64,000 nt of DNA from Clostridia bacterium. Its GTDB lineage: Bacteria; Bacillota; Clostridia; Oscillospirales; CAG-272. The translations under genes were made by a program, and so were the position numbers. Numbering within the stretch: the first letter of the stretch is position 1; every line of letters begins with the position of its first letter. A model generated the notes under the pieces. That model worked only from the letters and a program-made list of their open reading frames with translations. It had not been told where the DNA came from and did no database searches. This document shows positions 25,501-34,273 of the stretch, piece by piece. The stretch lies in contig JAFQOP010000003.1 in the NCBI GenBank assembly GCA_017403155.1, positions 2,504 to 66,503 on the forward strand. Direction: 5' to 3'.

Positions 25501-26867
25501 CGGTAGGTAAGTACGCCTTCACCACCTGTGAAAGCCTTACCTCGGTAAGCCTCAATCCCTCCTGCGCCGAGATTCTCGAGGGTGCTTTTGCAAGCTGCAC
25601 GGCACTTCGCAGGGTTGACAACCTCAGATATATATCCAGAATCGGCGCGTATGCCTTTGCGCATACCCTGCTTAATAACATCGACCTCACCATGGCAAGC
25701 TACGTCGGTGACCTTGCGTTTATGAAGCAGCGCTTCACGATAGTCAGGCTGACCCTCGGCGAGCTGCTCACCGAGATTGGTGACAACCCGTTTGCTATGT
25801 GCATCATCGACCCCGAGTGCCTCACCCGAGAGGTCGTGGTTGACAGCTTCAACGGCACAGACCTCACCGAAGCGGTCAACACCTATGAAATAAGCGAGAA
25901 TATCCTCGTTATAAACGGCTCTCTGTATGCAAGAGTTCCGAACGGGCTCGAGCTCGTCTTCTACACGGGAGACGGAGCGCGCTATGAGGTTGAGGAGGGA
26001 ACGGTCAGAATATCCTCCTATGCCTTCGCGGGCTCAACCCTCGAGGACATAGTTCTCCCCGAGTCGCTCAGGTCGATAGGACACAAGGCGTTCTACGGTG
26101 TGACGAATATAGACAGCGTGGTATTCAAGAGCTACAGCGCTCCCGTCCTCGAGGAGGAGTACGACCAGGAATACTATATGAGCTACGACAATATCCCCGG
26201 CTCGGGCAGCTACGGCATCTCCGAGTATGACAGCAAGTATCCCCTGTCGCAGAACACGGTGATAAAGACGGGTCTCGGCATAAGCCCCTATTATATGTGG
26301 GGCATCACCTCCAGATCCTCAAACTACTTCTACGGCGCAAGCTTTGTCGATTATATCGGCAAGGGGAATAAGGATATCGAGATGGTTCGTCCCGTCAACG
26401 GTGTCGGCTATGACTCGTTTATCTATTCGCAGTATTTCACCGACGTGCAGGACGGTGCAGCCGCCCCCGACGAGGTTACCACCCTCGCTATCGAGGCGAT
26501 AGAGAAGCTCGTCGGCGTCAGAATCAATCTTGAGCATGAGCAGCTCGTCCTTGAGGCGCGTGCGGCGTATGACAGGATTGCCACCGAGCTCCAGCGCGCA
26601 ATTGTAAGCGAGCGCTACGATGAGAGCGGCACCTCCTACACCAACATCCTCACCTCCGCGGAGAGAAGAATAGCAGCGCTCAAGGGCGCAGCCGGCGAGA
26701 GCCCCGATGAGCCCGAGGATGCCCCGAGCACCGACGAGCCCGAAAATGCACCCGACAACACGGTAAGAAACACCGTTATCGTTATTACGGCACTGCTGCT
26801 TATAGCAGGCGTTGCCACCGTCCTCATCATCGCAAGAAAGAGAAGAGAAGGAGAGAGTGAAGAGTAA
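19560..26867 (+). CDS. cell-envelope S8 subtilisin-like serine protease with PA insert, Big2 domains, long BspA-type LRR region and C-terminal TM anchor
   Basis: Signal peptide MNRKNLTRLSSLLVVAVMVALLLASLL. Catalytic triad contexts VIAVLDTGLDYTH, HGTHVSGV, LSGTSMACPNMAG. PA domain GKIALVRRGSNTFEEKANAAQAAGAAGIIVFNN. Big2-like VGKGTTDVTVRS. Many IGxYAFxxCxxLxxVxLP LRR units (about 23.8-26.2 kb). TM anchor VIVITALLLIAGVATVLIIARKRR. Confidence 0.92.
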   Translation: MNRKNLTRLSSLLVVAVMVALLLASLLTPVMGAGSGTIGGINALNGINTNWQQYLDGSVVTKLPETVKSTDEISVIIKLDNPALLDAHEATDRTMSLAEFALTDEAEAVRKEILREKSEYLALLDERGIEYATGLTYDTVFAGFEIIIKASSFATATTLLGENGTAIVGEVYEVAETKLVNNKVDFYEDTGIFDSSDFPFDGSGMVIAVLDTGLDYTHSAFDPSRFTATELGLTKDEVAALLGNTDAASRYPGLSADDVYLNDKVPFSFDYADSDPDVYSMHNNHGTHVSGVIVGKDDVITGVAPNAQLVSMKIFSDTADSARTSWILAALEDCVTLGVDVINMSLGTACGFSREMDKEAVTGVYDRIRSTGISMVVAASNSFNSAYSSEKNGNLPLTSNPDSATVGSPSTYEGALSVASIAGEKTPYMLYNGKIVYFVEATNSSQKEKDFFDEILTPLGTDSVEIEYILIPGAGRPADYTGLDMTGKIALVRRGSNTFEEKANAAQAAGAAGIIVFNNVAGDIKMNAGVTKIPICSIGQDDGEMLAAAGSGVLKISRIQTSGPFISDFSSWGPTPDLGIKPEITAHGGNILSAVTANTGESGYDRLSGTSMACPNMAGAVALMRQYVKATFPEIREDEVEVTAMVNRLLMSTADIMLNKNGLPYAVRKQGAGLGNLDKASATTAYILTYDRLDGSVMDKTKLELGDDPERTGVYEMTFSVNNFGYYDLIYFVDAYVMTEGVSETKTHAGETTVTEEGYLLDGAKIEIISVSGGTQSGMKVTVPAGESTDVTVRITLSDADKKYIDDSFENGMYVEGFVRLEPVSGTDVGMSVPYLAFYGDWTEAPLFDLDYFETNKDELDDSIETLDKTLPDAYATRPVGGLYLDYISYLGSYYFVQDPQNEIISANRDYISLTNTGEALHSLVSVYAGLLRNAERIVVTITDDATGEVIFETVANDVRKSYGDGGPIYPANVEIEFDTLDYNLMNNSRYTVRLEGYLDYGDGGIETNEKNTFEFPITMDFQAPQVTGVEYYTEYDRDSEKMRLYAKVAIYDNHYAMSSQIGYISDNLDYDPTDPEDSPYIFNTFNSYMTPVYSERNSVSYVTYELTDYISDFKEKASVAELDGTSLRNSFVISCYDYALNESTFQIPLPDDITDFYFDGYELTLCRNEVFTLEPETYPGTEWTDFLVYGDYDASVVNVVGNKIVAVGKGTTDVTVRSLDESGRSVVAEQKLRIRVLDEGDPGFVYYDKPVADVFELRAYETLKAYYVVNTDERDIGSTGSITTFNGRYSLKLYPSESVRLIYELAEYFPSDTTVVFESSNENIVKIDGTGTVVAREEGYASVTVSVYLDGEPTYYSATVDIEVKDPYLTTGPSLTHYYGLGGTVEVPARLELTEIGQFAFSNYDWVEKGEDDEISEEEPTETKQWFLGEGTITKVVIPEGIKKIGAYAFASLTALEEVVLPSTLEAIEYGAFYNCVKLKRVVGLEHVQLINKHAFYNCPITGRIDLSSAYAVSDYAFAAPSNAALAEVVLPETLRSIGAYAFSGQNKLTRVTVNAASVKLGAYAFMNCTRLTSININTQVIPTGAFYGCLSLASITLGADVATVGEYAFYNTKLTAFTVADGNAVYRPQQSGAYLLSADGSTLLLVAPGVGSSFALNNPEVTRIGSGAFSASQTLKSVSIPSVTEVDSHAFAGCSVLESITLGTLTYVGSYAFADTAIKVLPDISALDEISDYAFAYTDLTEVTIPDGTVIGEAAFGECRSLERIHIGNNVIIGSSAFMVTPTIVYYDEYTPPSYDDGGRRVYYYEFESPLKELHIGEGAVIGTSAFYYATNLERVTLGDGAVIGDLAFYNACSLREIDLSAAVSIGSYAFSGDSWPTFTDKTFSDQYIKENYYVYKYFAPKLTSVDLSSATYIGERAFHYCESLVSVKLGEGVRSISTYAFANCSALKSINLEGVEYIDESAFAETALTEVSLDSIVTVGKYAFTTCESLTSVSLNPSCAEILEGAFASCTALRRVDNLRYISRIGAYAFAHTLLNNIDLTMASYVGDLAFMKQRFTIVRLTLGELLTEIGDNPFAMCIIDPECLTREVVVDSFNGTDLTEAVNTYEISENILVINGSLYARVPNGLELVFYTGDGARYEVEEGTVRISSYAFAGSTLEDIVLPESLRSIGHKAFYGVTNIDSVVFKSYSAPVLEEEYDQEYYMSYDNIPGSGSYGISEYDSKYPLSQNTVIKTGLGISPYYMWGITSRSSNYFYGASFVDYIGKGNKDIEMVRPVNGVGYDSFIYSQYFTDVQDGAAAPDEVTTLAIEAIEKLVGVRINLEHEQLVLEARAAYDRIATELQRAIVSERYDESGTSYTNILTSAERRIAALKGAAGESPDEPEDAPSTDEPENAPDNTVRNTVIVITALLLIAGVATVLIIARKRREGESEE

Positions 26868-28168
26868 TGAAAGCTAAAAACAGAATAACGCTACTCCTTG
26901 CGGCACTTATGCTTCTCCTTTGCCTGATGTGCGTCAGCGCCTGCTCGCAGGAGGAGGCGGAGGGCACTGTGTCGGTAAGATACAATGCCAACGGCGGTAC
27001 TTTTACAACCAACACCTACACGGTAATTGATACCTACTCCCTCTCCGAGCTGCCGAAAAACGGCAGCGGAGGCTATGAGGTACCTCTCGTTGATCCGAGC
27101 GACTCCCGTCGCGGCGAGGAAAACTCCTTCCTCGCCTCGCGCTCCGGCTATTTCCTCGTCGGCTGGTACGCGGCATTTGAGTCGGACGGTGAGACCGTAT
27201 ATCAGCGGTGGGACTTCAGTAGCGACACACTCGAGCTCGATGAGAAGAGCGCAAGAGAGGGTGGGGTAGTCCTCGACGTCTATGCAATGTGGCTGCCCGA
27301 GTTTACCTATGAGTTCTATGAGCTCTCCACGGGCAACCTTCTCAAGGCGCATAGGGTAGACCCGATGTACGTCGACTCCCTCCTCCTTCCCGAATGGGAT
27401 GAGGAAACGGGCAAGCTCGATATGCACGATTTCCCCGAGGTTGAGGGAAGGACCTATAAGGGCTTGTACCTTGACCCCCACGGTATAGAGTCGGTGACGG
27501 ATGAGCGCGTGTACCACACGGGCAAAATCGACTATGAGGCAATCGAGGCGACCGACACGGTGATGAAGCTGTACGTCGACACCTACGATACCGTGACCTA
27601 CAACGTATACAAGGCAGAGCACCTCATCGATGCGGCTGACCCCACCGCCACGTACAACATTATGTGCGACCTCGACTTTTCCGAGGACGGCTGGGCAGAC
27701 GAATTTATCTACGGTGAGTTCTCGGGCAGAATATACGGCAACGGTCATAAGCTCAGCAACATCACGCTCTATCAGTCCTCCACCTCCAAGACCGACGCAG
27801 GACTTTTCGGCGTCGTAAAGGACGGTGCGGTATTTGAGGACGTTATGCTTGAAAACGTTAATTTCTATATTGAGACGGGCTCACGTATGGTGGGTGCCAG
27901 CTTTGGACTTTTCGCGGGCGTGCTCGAGGAGGGTGCGGAGCTCTCGGGAGTCTCAATAAACGGCAAAATAACAGTTACACCCTCGCCTTATATCACGTCA
28001 GGCACGGTTCTCGGCTTGTTCTGCGGAACGGGTAACCACAAGGATATCGACATTTCGGGTATCCGCTGTGTGGCTCTCGCACCCGAGAGCGATTATGACA
28101 CGGGTCTTTCGCTCCTCGTCGACGGCAACACGGTGAAAATAACGGTTATCCCTGCCAAGGAAGACTAG
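26867..28168 (+). CDS. lipoprotein with Listeria-Bacteroides (InlB B-type) repeat and GLUG-motif region
   Basis: Start overlaps the protease stop (TAATG). Lipobox MCVSAC-S. VRYNANGGTF repeat. AGLFG/GASFGLFAG GLUG-like motifs. Confidence 0.8.
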   Translation: MKAKNRITLLLAALMLLLCLMCVSACSQEEAEGTVSVRYNANGGTFTTNTYTVIDTYSLSELPKNGSGGYEVPLVDPSDSRRGEENSFLASRSGYFLVGWYAAFESDGETVYQRWDFSSDTLELDEKSAREGGVVLDVYAMWLPEFTYEFYELSTGNLLKAHRVDPMYVDSLLLPEWDEETGKLDMHDFPEVEGRTYKGLYLDPHGIESVTDERVYHTGKIDYEAIEATDTVMKLYVDTYDTVTYNVYKAEHLIDAADPTATYNIMCDLDFSEDGWADEFIYGEFSGRIYGNGHKLSNITLYQSSTSKTDAGLFGVVKDGAVFEDVMLENVNFYIETGSRMVGASFGLFAGVLEEGAELSGVSINGKITVTPSPYITSGTVLGLFCGTGNHKDIDISGIRCVALAPESDYDTGLSLLVDGNTVKITVIPAKED

Positions 28169-28204
28169 ACTGTGACGTGCTAACGAAGCTATAAGGAGGA
28201 AAAA

Positions 28205-30844
28205 ATGAAGAAAGTCATATCACTCATACTTGTCCTTTGTATGTGCCTTTCTATGGTGCTCACGCTTGCCTCGTGCGCGGACTCGGGAGCACCCGATGCG
28301 TTCGTAATAATGTCCGAGGAGCTTGACGGACTCTTTAATCCGTTCTTCTCGACCACGGGCGCCGATAACACCATCGTCGCCATGACACAGATAAGTATGC
28401 TAACGTCTAAATACGAAAACGGTGAGGTCGTCGTCGGCTACGGCGAGGATGAGGCCGTTGTAACTCTGGACTTTGAGAGTGTCTACAACAAGAAGAAGGA
28501 CCAGACCGTATTTACCTTTGTAATAAAGAACGGAGTCAAGTTCTCCGACGGGCATCCTCTCACGATAGAGGACGTGCTCTTTAACCTTTATGTATATCTC
28601 GACCCCGTCTACACGGGCTCTGCCACGATGTATTCGACCGATATCGTCGGACTCACAGCATACAGAACGCAGACCGTTGGCGCAGGCTCCTCGAGCAGCA
28701 ATGACGACAGAATCTCGTCCCTTGCAAACGACAGAGCAAGCTCGAGAGTAAAGGAGCTTCTCAACCTGTTCAACAGCCTTCGCAAGAAGAACAGAAATAC
28801 ACCCGTATCCTACGAGGATATGAAGGCGGCTATCCTTGCCCATTCGCTCTCCTCGGGATACAAAAACGCAGTATCCAACACTCCCGAGAGTGTAAAGGTA
28901 GACCAGCTTCTCGCTGACTACGACCTCACCCTCAAGAAGTTCCGCGAGGAGCTTGAGTCCGACTACGTAAGCTCGCAGGAGTCCTTCACGGAATCTCCCT
29001 ACAAGGAGAGAAAGGAGTTCCTTGACCCCATCTTCTGCTATATGTTTGCAGAGGGCTACGTGGACGTTGAGTACTACAAGGACCCCGTAACCAACAAGGA
29101 GGATCGCTCGAGGATAATCAAGCTCACCAAGAACTACAACGACGCGCTCCTCACCACCAAGGAGGCGGCTATCAGCTTCGTCTACGAGGACAAGATATCC
29201 AACGAGCTTAATATCATACTCACCTATTGGGCAACCGCGCAGGAGCTCATGACCGAGTATGCCGCTCAGGCAAAGGAGGTTATCCTCCATGCAAATATCA
29301 AGGACGGTGACCTTCGCGTAGACAGCATATCGGGCATCGTCTCCCTCGGTCACAGCAAGACCACCGCGGGCACCACCGTCACCGTAAACGGCACCGACTA
29401 CCTCGTTGCCGACAAGCATAACGACGACGGCACACCCACCCAGCCCGAGACCGTAACCGATGCCGATGGCAAGCCCGTGGAGCAGCCCGAGGCATTCGAC
29501 GTCCTGCAGATCACCATCGACGGTGTTGACCCCAAGGCTGTGTGGAACTTCGCCTTTACCGTAGCGCCTCAGCATTACTACGGAGAGGGAAGTAAGGTGG
29601 GCGTTGACGTCGCAAGCAATAAGTTCGGTGTAGAATACGGCTCGTTCGACTTTATGACCAAGATAGTCCAGTCCAACCGCAACATCTCCGTGCCGATGGG
29701 CGCAGGTGCCTACAAGGCAACCAACCGCGCAAACGCGGACAACCCCGACGGCAACGAGTTCTACTCGGATAACGTCGTCTACTTCAAGGCAAACGAGTAT
29801 TTCGAGACGGTAGGAGAGGGACTTAACAACGCGAAGATAGAGAAGATACGCTATCAGGTAGTAAGCTCCAATAACGCTCTGTCTGCACTCGAGTCCGGCT
29901 CGGTACACTACGTATCCCCCCAGCTTACCCAGGACAACTATAAGAAGATAGACGCCCTTGAGGCTGTGGGAATGAACTCCCTGCTTGCAAAGCAGCTCGG
30001 CTACGGCTACATTGGCGTAAACGCGAGCAAGATAACCGATATCAACCTTCGCCGCGCAATCCTCTCCGCAATGAACACCGCCTCGGCAATAGCATACTAC
30101 CGTGCAGGCACGGCAGAGCAGATTTACTGGCCGATGTCTACCGTCTCCTGGGCATATCCGAGGGACGACAGCGGCAAGCTCTCGCAGGACAACGGCAGAG
30201 ACTACCCTCAGATAGGACTCTTCGATAAGGAGGTCGCAAGGGAGAAGATTCTCGAGTATATGGCGGCAGCAGGCGTCAGTGAGGGCGACTCGCAGCTTGA
30301 CATCACCTTCACCATAGCGGGCTCCAACCTTCAGGAGCACCCCGCCTACGTCACCTTCCGTGATGCCGCGGCTCTTCTCAACGAGCTCGGCTGGGAGGTA
30401 GAGGTTGTTCCCGACACCCAGGCGCTCACCAAGCTCTCCACGGGCTCGCTCGAGGTTTGGGCGGCAGCATGGGGCTCAACGATTGACCCCGACCTTTACC
30501 AGGTCTATCACAAGAACTCCACCGCGACGAGCACTCTCGCGTGGGGTTACCCCTCAATAAAGAACAGCTCGACCCGTCGCCAGGAGCAGAAGATTCTTGA
30601 CGAGCTGAGTGAGCTTATCGACGACGCACGCTCCACCACCGACAAGGAGGAGCGAATAGAGCTGTATGAGGAGGCAATGGGCAAGATACTCGACCTTGCC
30701 ATCGAGCTTCCCATCTACCAGCGCTCGACCGTCTACGTTTATAATGCAAACATAATTGACCCCGCGTCCCTTCCCACAAACGAGGAGATGAACCCCTACA
30801 CGTCTCCGCTTGACCGAATCTGGGAAGTTGATTTCGTGAGGTAG
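28205..30844 (+). CDS. unusually large (879 aa) family-5 peptide/nickel ABC substrate-binding lipoprotein
   Basis: RBS aaggagg. Lipobox LTLASC-A. SBP_bac_5-type signature VKFSDGHPLTIEDVLFNLYVYLDP. Followed by Opp/Dpp-type permeases. Confidence 0.85.
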   Translation: MKKVISLILVLCMCLSMVLTLASCADSGAPDAFVIMSEELDGLFNPFFSTTGADNTIVAMTQISMLTSKYENGEVVVGYGEDEAVVTLDFESVYNKKKDQTVFTFVIKNGVKFSDGHPLTIEDVLFNLYVYLDPVYTGSATMYSTDIVGLTAYRTQTVGAGSSSSNDDRISSLANDRASSRVKELLNLFNSLRKKNRNTPVSYEDMKAAILAHSLSSGYKNAVSNTPESVKVDQLLADYDLTLKKFREELESDYVSSQESFTESPYKERKEFLDPIFCYMFAEGYVDVEYYKDPVTNKEDRSRIIKLTKNYNDALLTTKEAAISFVYEDKISNELNIILTYWATAQELMTEYAAQAKEVILHANIKDGDLRVDSISGIVSLGHSKTTAGTTVTVNGTDYLVADKHNDDGTPTQPETVTDADGKPVEQPEAFDVLQITIDGVDPKAVWNFAFTVAPQHYYGEGSKVGVDVASNKFGVEYGSFDFMTKIVQSNRNISVPMGAGAYKATNRANADNPDGNEFYSDNVVYFKANEYFETVGEGLNNAKIEKIRYQVVSSNNALSALESGSVHYVSPQLTQDNYKKIDALEAVGMNSLLAKQLGYGYIGVNASKITDINLRRAILSAMNTASAIAYYRAGTAEQIYWPMSTVSWAYPRDDSGKLSQDNGRDYPQIGLFDKEVAREKILEYMAAAGVSEGDSQLDITFTIAGSNLQEHPAYVTFRDAAALLNELGWEVEVVPDTQALTKLSTGSLEVWAAAWGSTIDPDLYQVYHKNSTATSTLAWGYPSIKNSSTRRQEQKILDELSELIDDARSTTDKEERIELYEEAMGKILDLAIELPIYQRSTVYVYNANIIDPASLPTNEEMNPYTSPLDRIWEVDFVR

Positions 30845-30856
30845 GAAGGAGGAAAT

Positions 30857-31849
30857 ATGCTTAAATACATAATCAAAAGACTTCTTTTGTCCATAGTAAT
30901 TCTTCTTGGCGTGTCGCTGATAATATATTTCCTCGTCCGCCTCATGCCCGTCGACTTCATCCAGAACAAGATTAACGCGATGAACCAGGGCGGTGCTACC
31001 ATCGACGAGTCCACCGTGCAGGCGATGTATGAGATGTACGGTCTCGGTGACAACAGCTTTATGGGAATTCTCTCGGGCTACTTTAACTGGCTTGGCAATC
31101 TATTCCGACTTGACCTCGGTCGCAGCTTCCAGTATTCCGCACCCGTCACCGACGTTATCGTCGACCACATGGGCGTGTCTTTTGCGGTGGCTCTTATCGC
31201 GACCTTCTTCGAGTTTATGATTGCCATTCCCCTCGGCATCACCGCCGCAACCCACCAGTATTCGATACGCGACTATGCTGTAACGATACTCGTAATGATA
31301 GGCATATCCCTTCCGTCCTTCTTCTTCGGTCAGATGCTGAAGGACCTGTTTGCAAACAAGCTGAAATGGTTTCCCGCCTCGGGTCTTGTCGATGCGGGCA
31401 GCTCCGCGACGGGACTTGCGCTGTTGCCCGACTATCTTGCACATATGTTCCTGCCGATACTGACGGTAGTAATACTCAGCATAGGCGGACGAATGCGTAT
31501 GACGCGAACGAATATGCTCGAGGTTCTCAATGCCGACTACATCCGCACGGCAAGAGCCAAGGGCTTGAAGGAAAGCAAGGTTATCTACAAGCACGCCTTC
31601 CGCAACACCCTTATCCCCATAGTAACGACCCTTGCGGGACTTTTGCCCTCCCTCTTCTCGGGTGCTATCATCACCGAGCAGGTCTTCGACCTTCCCGGTA
31701 TCGGTAACGTAGCGCTCAAGGCGATGAACGCGGGCGATATTCCCTTCATAATGGGCTACAATATGTTCTTAGCATTCCTCTCGGTTATAGGAGTGCTCTT
31801 ATCAGACCTTATGTATGCGCTGGTAGACCCGCGCGTAAAGCTGGAGTAA
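30857..31849 (+). CDS. ABC transporter permease (OppB/DppB type)
   Basis: 330 aa. N-terminal MLKYIIKRLL and the EAA-region YIRTARAKGL are typical of OppB. Confidence 0.9.
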   Translation: MLKYIIKRLLLSIVILLGVSLIIYFLVRLMPVDFIQNKINAMNQGGATIDESTVQAMYEMYGLGDNSFMGILSGYFNWLGNLFRLDLGRSFQYSAPVTDVIVDHMGVSFAVALIATFFEFMIAIPLGITAATHQYSIRDYAVTILVMIGISLPSFFFGQMLKDLFANKLKWFPASGLVDAGSSATGLALLPDYLAHMFLPILTVVILSIGGRMRMTRTNMLEVLNADYIRTARAKGLKESKVIYKHAFRNTLIPIVTTLAGLLPSLFSGAIITEQVFDLPGIGNVALKAMNAGDIPFIMGYNMFLAFLSVIGVLLSDLMYALVDPRVKLE

Positions 31850-31867
31850 AGGAGGGCAGACGAAAAT

Positions 31868-32935
31868 ATGGAAAACAAAAAAGCTATAAATCAGAACGAA
31901 GCCCTCAGCGAAGCGAAGGAAAAGGATACGGAGGCGCCCCTCGACAAGAACGTGCGCCTTATGTCCCCGACGCGTATGGTTGTCCGTCGCTTCTTCCGCT
32001 CGAAGCTGTCTATCATAGGACTTATAATGATTATAAGCCTCTTCGCCTTCAGCTTCCTCGGACCTCTGTTCTATACCCAGTGGGGAGAGATAGAGGTAGA
32101 CGAGTCTCAGCCCGTAAAGCCTAACTATTCAACCTATGAGATAGAGCTCACCGATAAGGACGGAAAGGTCATCCACGTCAGCCAGACTATCGAGACCGTC
32201 TCCGACTTCAACGGACTTGCACCTATGTCGTGGGAGCATCCCCTCGGCACGGATAAGCAGGGCTACGACGTTTTCGTCCGCCTTATGTACGGCGGCAGAA
32301 TATCCCTTATCGTCAGCTTCCTCTCGGTATTCGTCATCACCGTTCTCGGTGTAATTATGGGCGGTATCGCGGGCTACTTCGGCGGCGCTATCGACAACGT
32401 GATAATGCGTGTGTGCGATATCCTAATGTGTCTGCCCGGCGTGCCGATCCTCCTTATCATAAGCCTTATCCTTGATTCGGCTGACGTCGATGCCAAGTAC
32501 CGTATATATCTGCTTATGATATATCTGACACTCTTCTCCTGGCCGGGCACCGCCCGTCTTGTCAGAGGACAGATACTCTCCCTTCGCGAGCAGGAGTATA
32601 TGGTTGCCGCGGAGGCGATGGGCTACTCGGTGCCCCGTAAGATATTCAAGCACCTCGTGCCCAACGTAATGCCCCAGCTCATCGTTCAGATGACCCTCAG
32701 CCTCGGTAGCATGATACTCTATGAGGCAACCCTCTCTTACCTGAACCTCGGTGTAAGAGCGCCCTACGCCGCGTGGGGCACTATGATAAACGTAATTTCC
32801 ACCGATATGGAAATTCTCCAGAACTACTTTAACGTATGGGGCCCGCCCGGCATCTGTATCGTTATTGCCGTTCTCGGCTTCAACTTTGTTGGCGACGGCC
32901 TGCGCGATGCGCTCGACCCGAAGATGAGGAGGTAA
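31868..32935 (+). CDS. ABC transporter permease (OppC/DppC type)
   Basis: 355 aa with an extended external loop after TM1. HPLGTDKQGYDVFVRLMYGGR motif. Confidence 0.9.
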   Translation: MENKKAINQNEALSEAKEKDTEAPLDKNVRLMSPTRMVVRRFFRSKLSIIGLIMIISLFAFSFLGPLFYTQWGEIEVDESQPVKPNYSTYEIELTDKDGKVIHVSQTIETVSDFNGLAPMSWEHPLGTDKQGYDVFVRLMYGGRISLIVSFLSVFVITVLGVIMGGIAGYFGGAIDNVIMRVCDILMCLPGVPILLIISLILDSADVDAKYRIYLLMIYLTLFSWPGTARLVRGQILSLREQEYMVAAEAMGYSVPRKIFKHLVPNVMPQLIVQMTLSLGSMILYEATLSYLNLGVRAPYAAWGTMINVISTDMEILQNYFNVWGPPGICIVIAVLGFNFVGDGLRDALDPKMRR

Positions 32936-32938
32936 AAA

Positions 32939-34273
32939 ATGAGCAAGGATAAAAAGCTTGAAATAAAAACCTCCGCAAAGGCAAAAAGCTACCTTACGGG
33001 TAAGGAAATAAAGGAAATAGCCAAGGCAAACGCCAAGGTTATGAAGCAGCTTGAGAAGTACAAGTACCGCAAGGCTGACGAGTCCGAGTTCGTCACCGAG
33101 ATGAAGGACGACGCCAATATCCTTGAGATTGAGGACCTCAACACCTATTTCTTCACCGACCAGGGTGTCGTAAAGGCGGTAAACGGCGTTTCCCTCAATA
33201 TCCCGAAGAATGCCACCGTAGGCATCGTCGGTGAGTCGGGCTGCGGCAAGAGTGTAACGAGTATGTCGGTTATGCGCCTGCTCCAGGGACCGCAGGGACA
33301 GATATACTCGGGCTCAATCCGCTTCAAGGCATACGACTACGTCCTCGACGACAAGGGCAGACCCATTCCCGTCTACGAAAAGGATGAGGAGGGCAACGTC
33401 ATAACCGAGGAGGTAACCGATAAGAAGGGCAGAGTGACTACCCGTCCCGTTCACAAGAAGGACGCACAGGGCAACCTTATGTACGAGAGCGAGGAGAAGG
33501 TCTACGATATCGCAAAGATGCCGATAAGGGAGATATACCGCATCCGCGGCAAGCAGATTGCGATGATCTTCCAGGAGCCCATGACCTCCCTTAACCCCGT
33601 ATTCACGATAGGACAGCAGCTCGACGAGGTAACCTTTATCCACGTTCCCGACGCAACGAAGGAAATGGCAAAGGCAAAGTCGCTCGAGATGCTCAACCTC
33701 GTCGGCATAGCAATGCCCGAGCGCGTATACAACTCCTATCCCCACGAGCTCTCGGGAGGTATGAGACAGCGCGTTATGATTTCTATGGCGCTCGCCTGCA
33801 ACCCCCGTCTTATAATCGCAGACGAGCCCACCACCGCCCTTGACGTTACGATACAGGCGCAGATACTCGACCTGCTTCGCGATATCAAGGACAAGATGGA
33901 CGGCTCGATAATGCTCATCACCCACGACCTCGGCATCATTGCCGAGATGGCAGACTACGTCGTCGTTATGTACGCGGGCAGAGTAATAGAGCAGGGCACC
34001 GTCTCCGAGATATTCCACAATCCCCTCCATCCCTATACCGTAGGACTACAGAAGTCGAAGCCGACGCTCGACTCCGACTCGGACACCCTCTTCAACATTC
34101 CGGGCAACGTACCCAACCCGATAAATATGCCCACCCACTGCTTCTTCAAGGAAAGATGCTCGCAGTGTGTGGAGAAGTGCTCGGGCGACTACCCGTGTAT
34201 GGTGCAGGTGAGCCCCACTCACTTTGTGTCCTGCCACCTCTACAAAGACAGAAAGGAGAGCGACAATGGCTGA
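32939..34273 (+). CDS. ABC transporter ATP-binding protein (OppD type) with N-terminal extension and internal insert
   Basis: Walker A GESGCGKS, signature LSGGMRQR, Walker B IIADEPTTALD, and the C-terminal oligopeptide-type Cys motif. Extra K/E-rich leader of about 55 aa, plus an insert of about 70 aa (about 33293-33509). Confidence 0.9.
   Translation: MSKDKKLEIKTSAKAKSYLTGKEIKEIAKANAKVMKQLEKYKYRKADESEFVTEMKDDANILEIEDLNTYFFTDQGVVKAVNGVSLNIPKNATVGIVGESGCGKSVTSMSVMRLLQGPQGQIYSGSIRFKAYDYVLDDKGRPIPVYEKDEEGNVITEEVTDKKGRVTTRPVHKKDAQGNLMYESEEKVYDIAKMPIREIYRIRGKQIAMIFQEPMTSLNPVFTIGQQLDEVTFIHVPDATKEMAKAKSLEMLNLVGIAMPERVYNSYPHELSGGMRQRVMISMALACNPRLIIADEPTTALDVTIQAQILDLLRDIKDKMDGSIMLITHDLGIIAEMADYVVVMYAGRVIEQGTVSEIFHNPLHPYTVGLQKSKPTLDSDSDTLFNIPGNVPNPINMPTHCFFKERCSQCVEKCSGDYPCMVQVSPTHFVSCHLYKDRKESDNG

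Noticed and set aside
23520-25664. 714-aa ORF on the minus strand
   Set aside because: Antisense to the LRR region of the S8 protease gene. The periodic LRR coding DNA keeps the opposite frame open. No recognisable motifs.
28400-30340. 646-aa ORF on the minus strand
   Set aside because: Antisense to the substrate-binding protein gene, which has clear SBP family-5 signatures. No start context.
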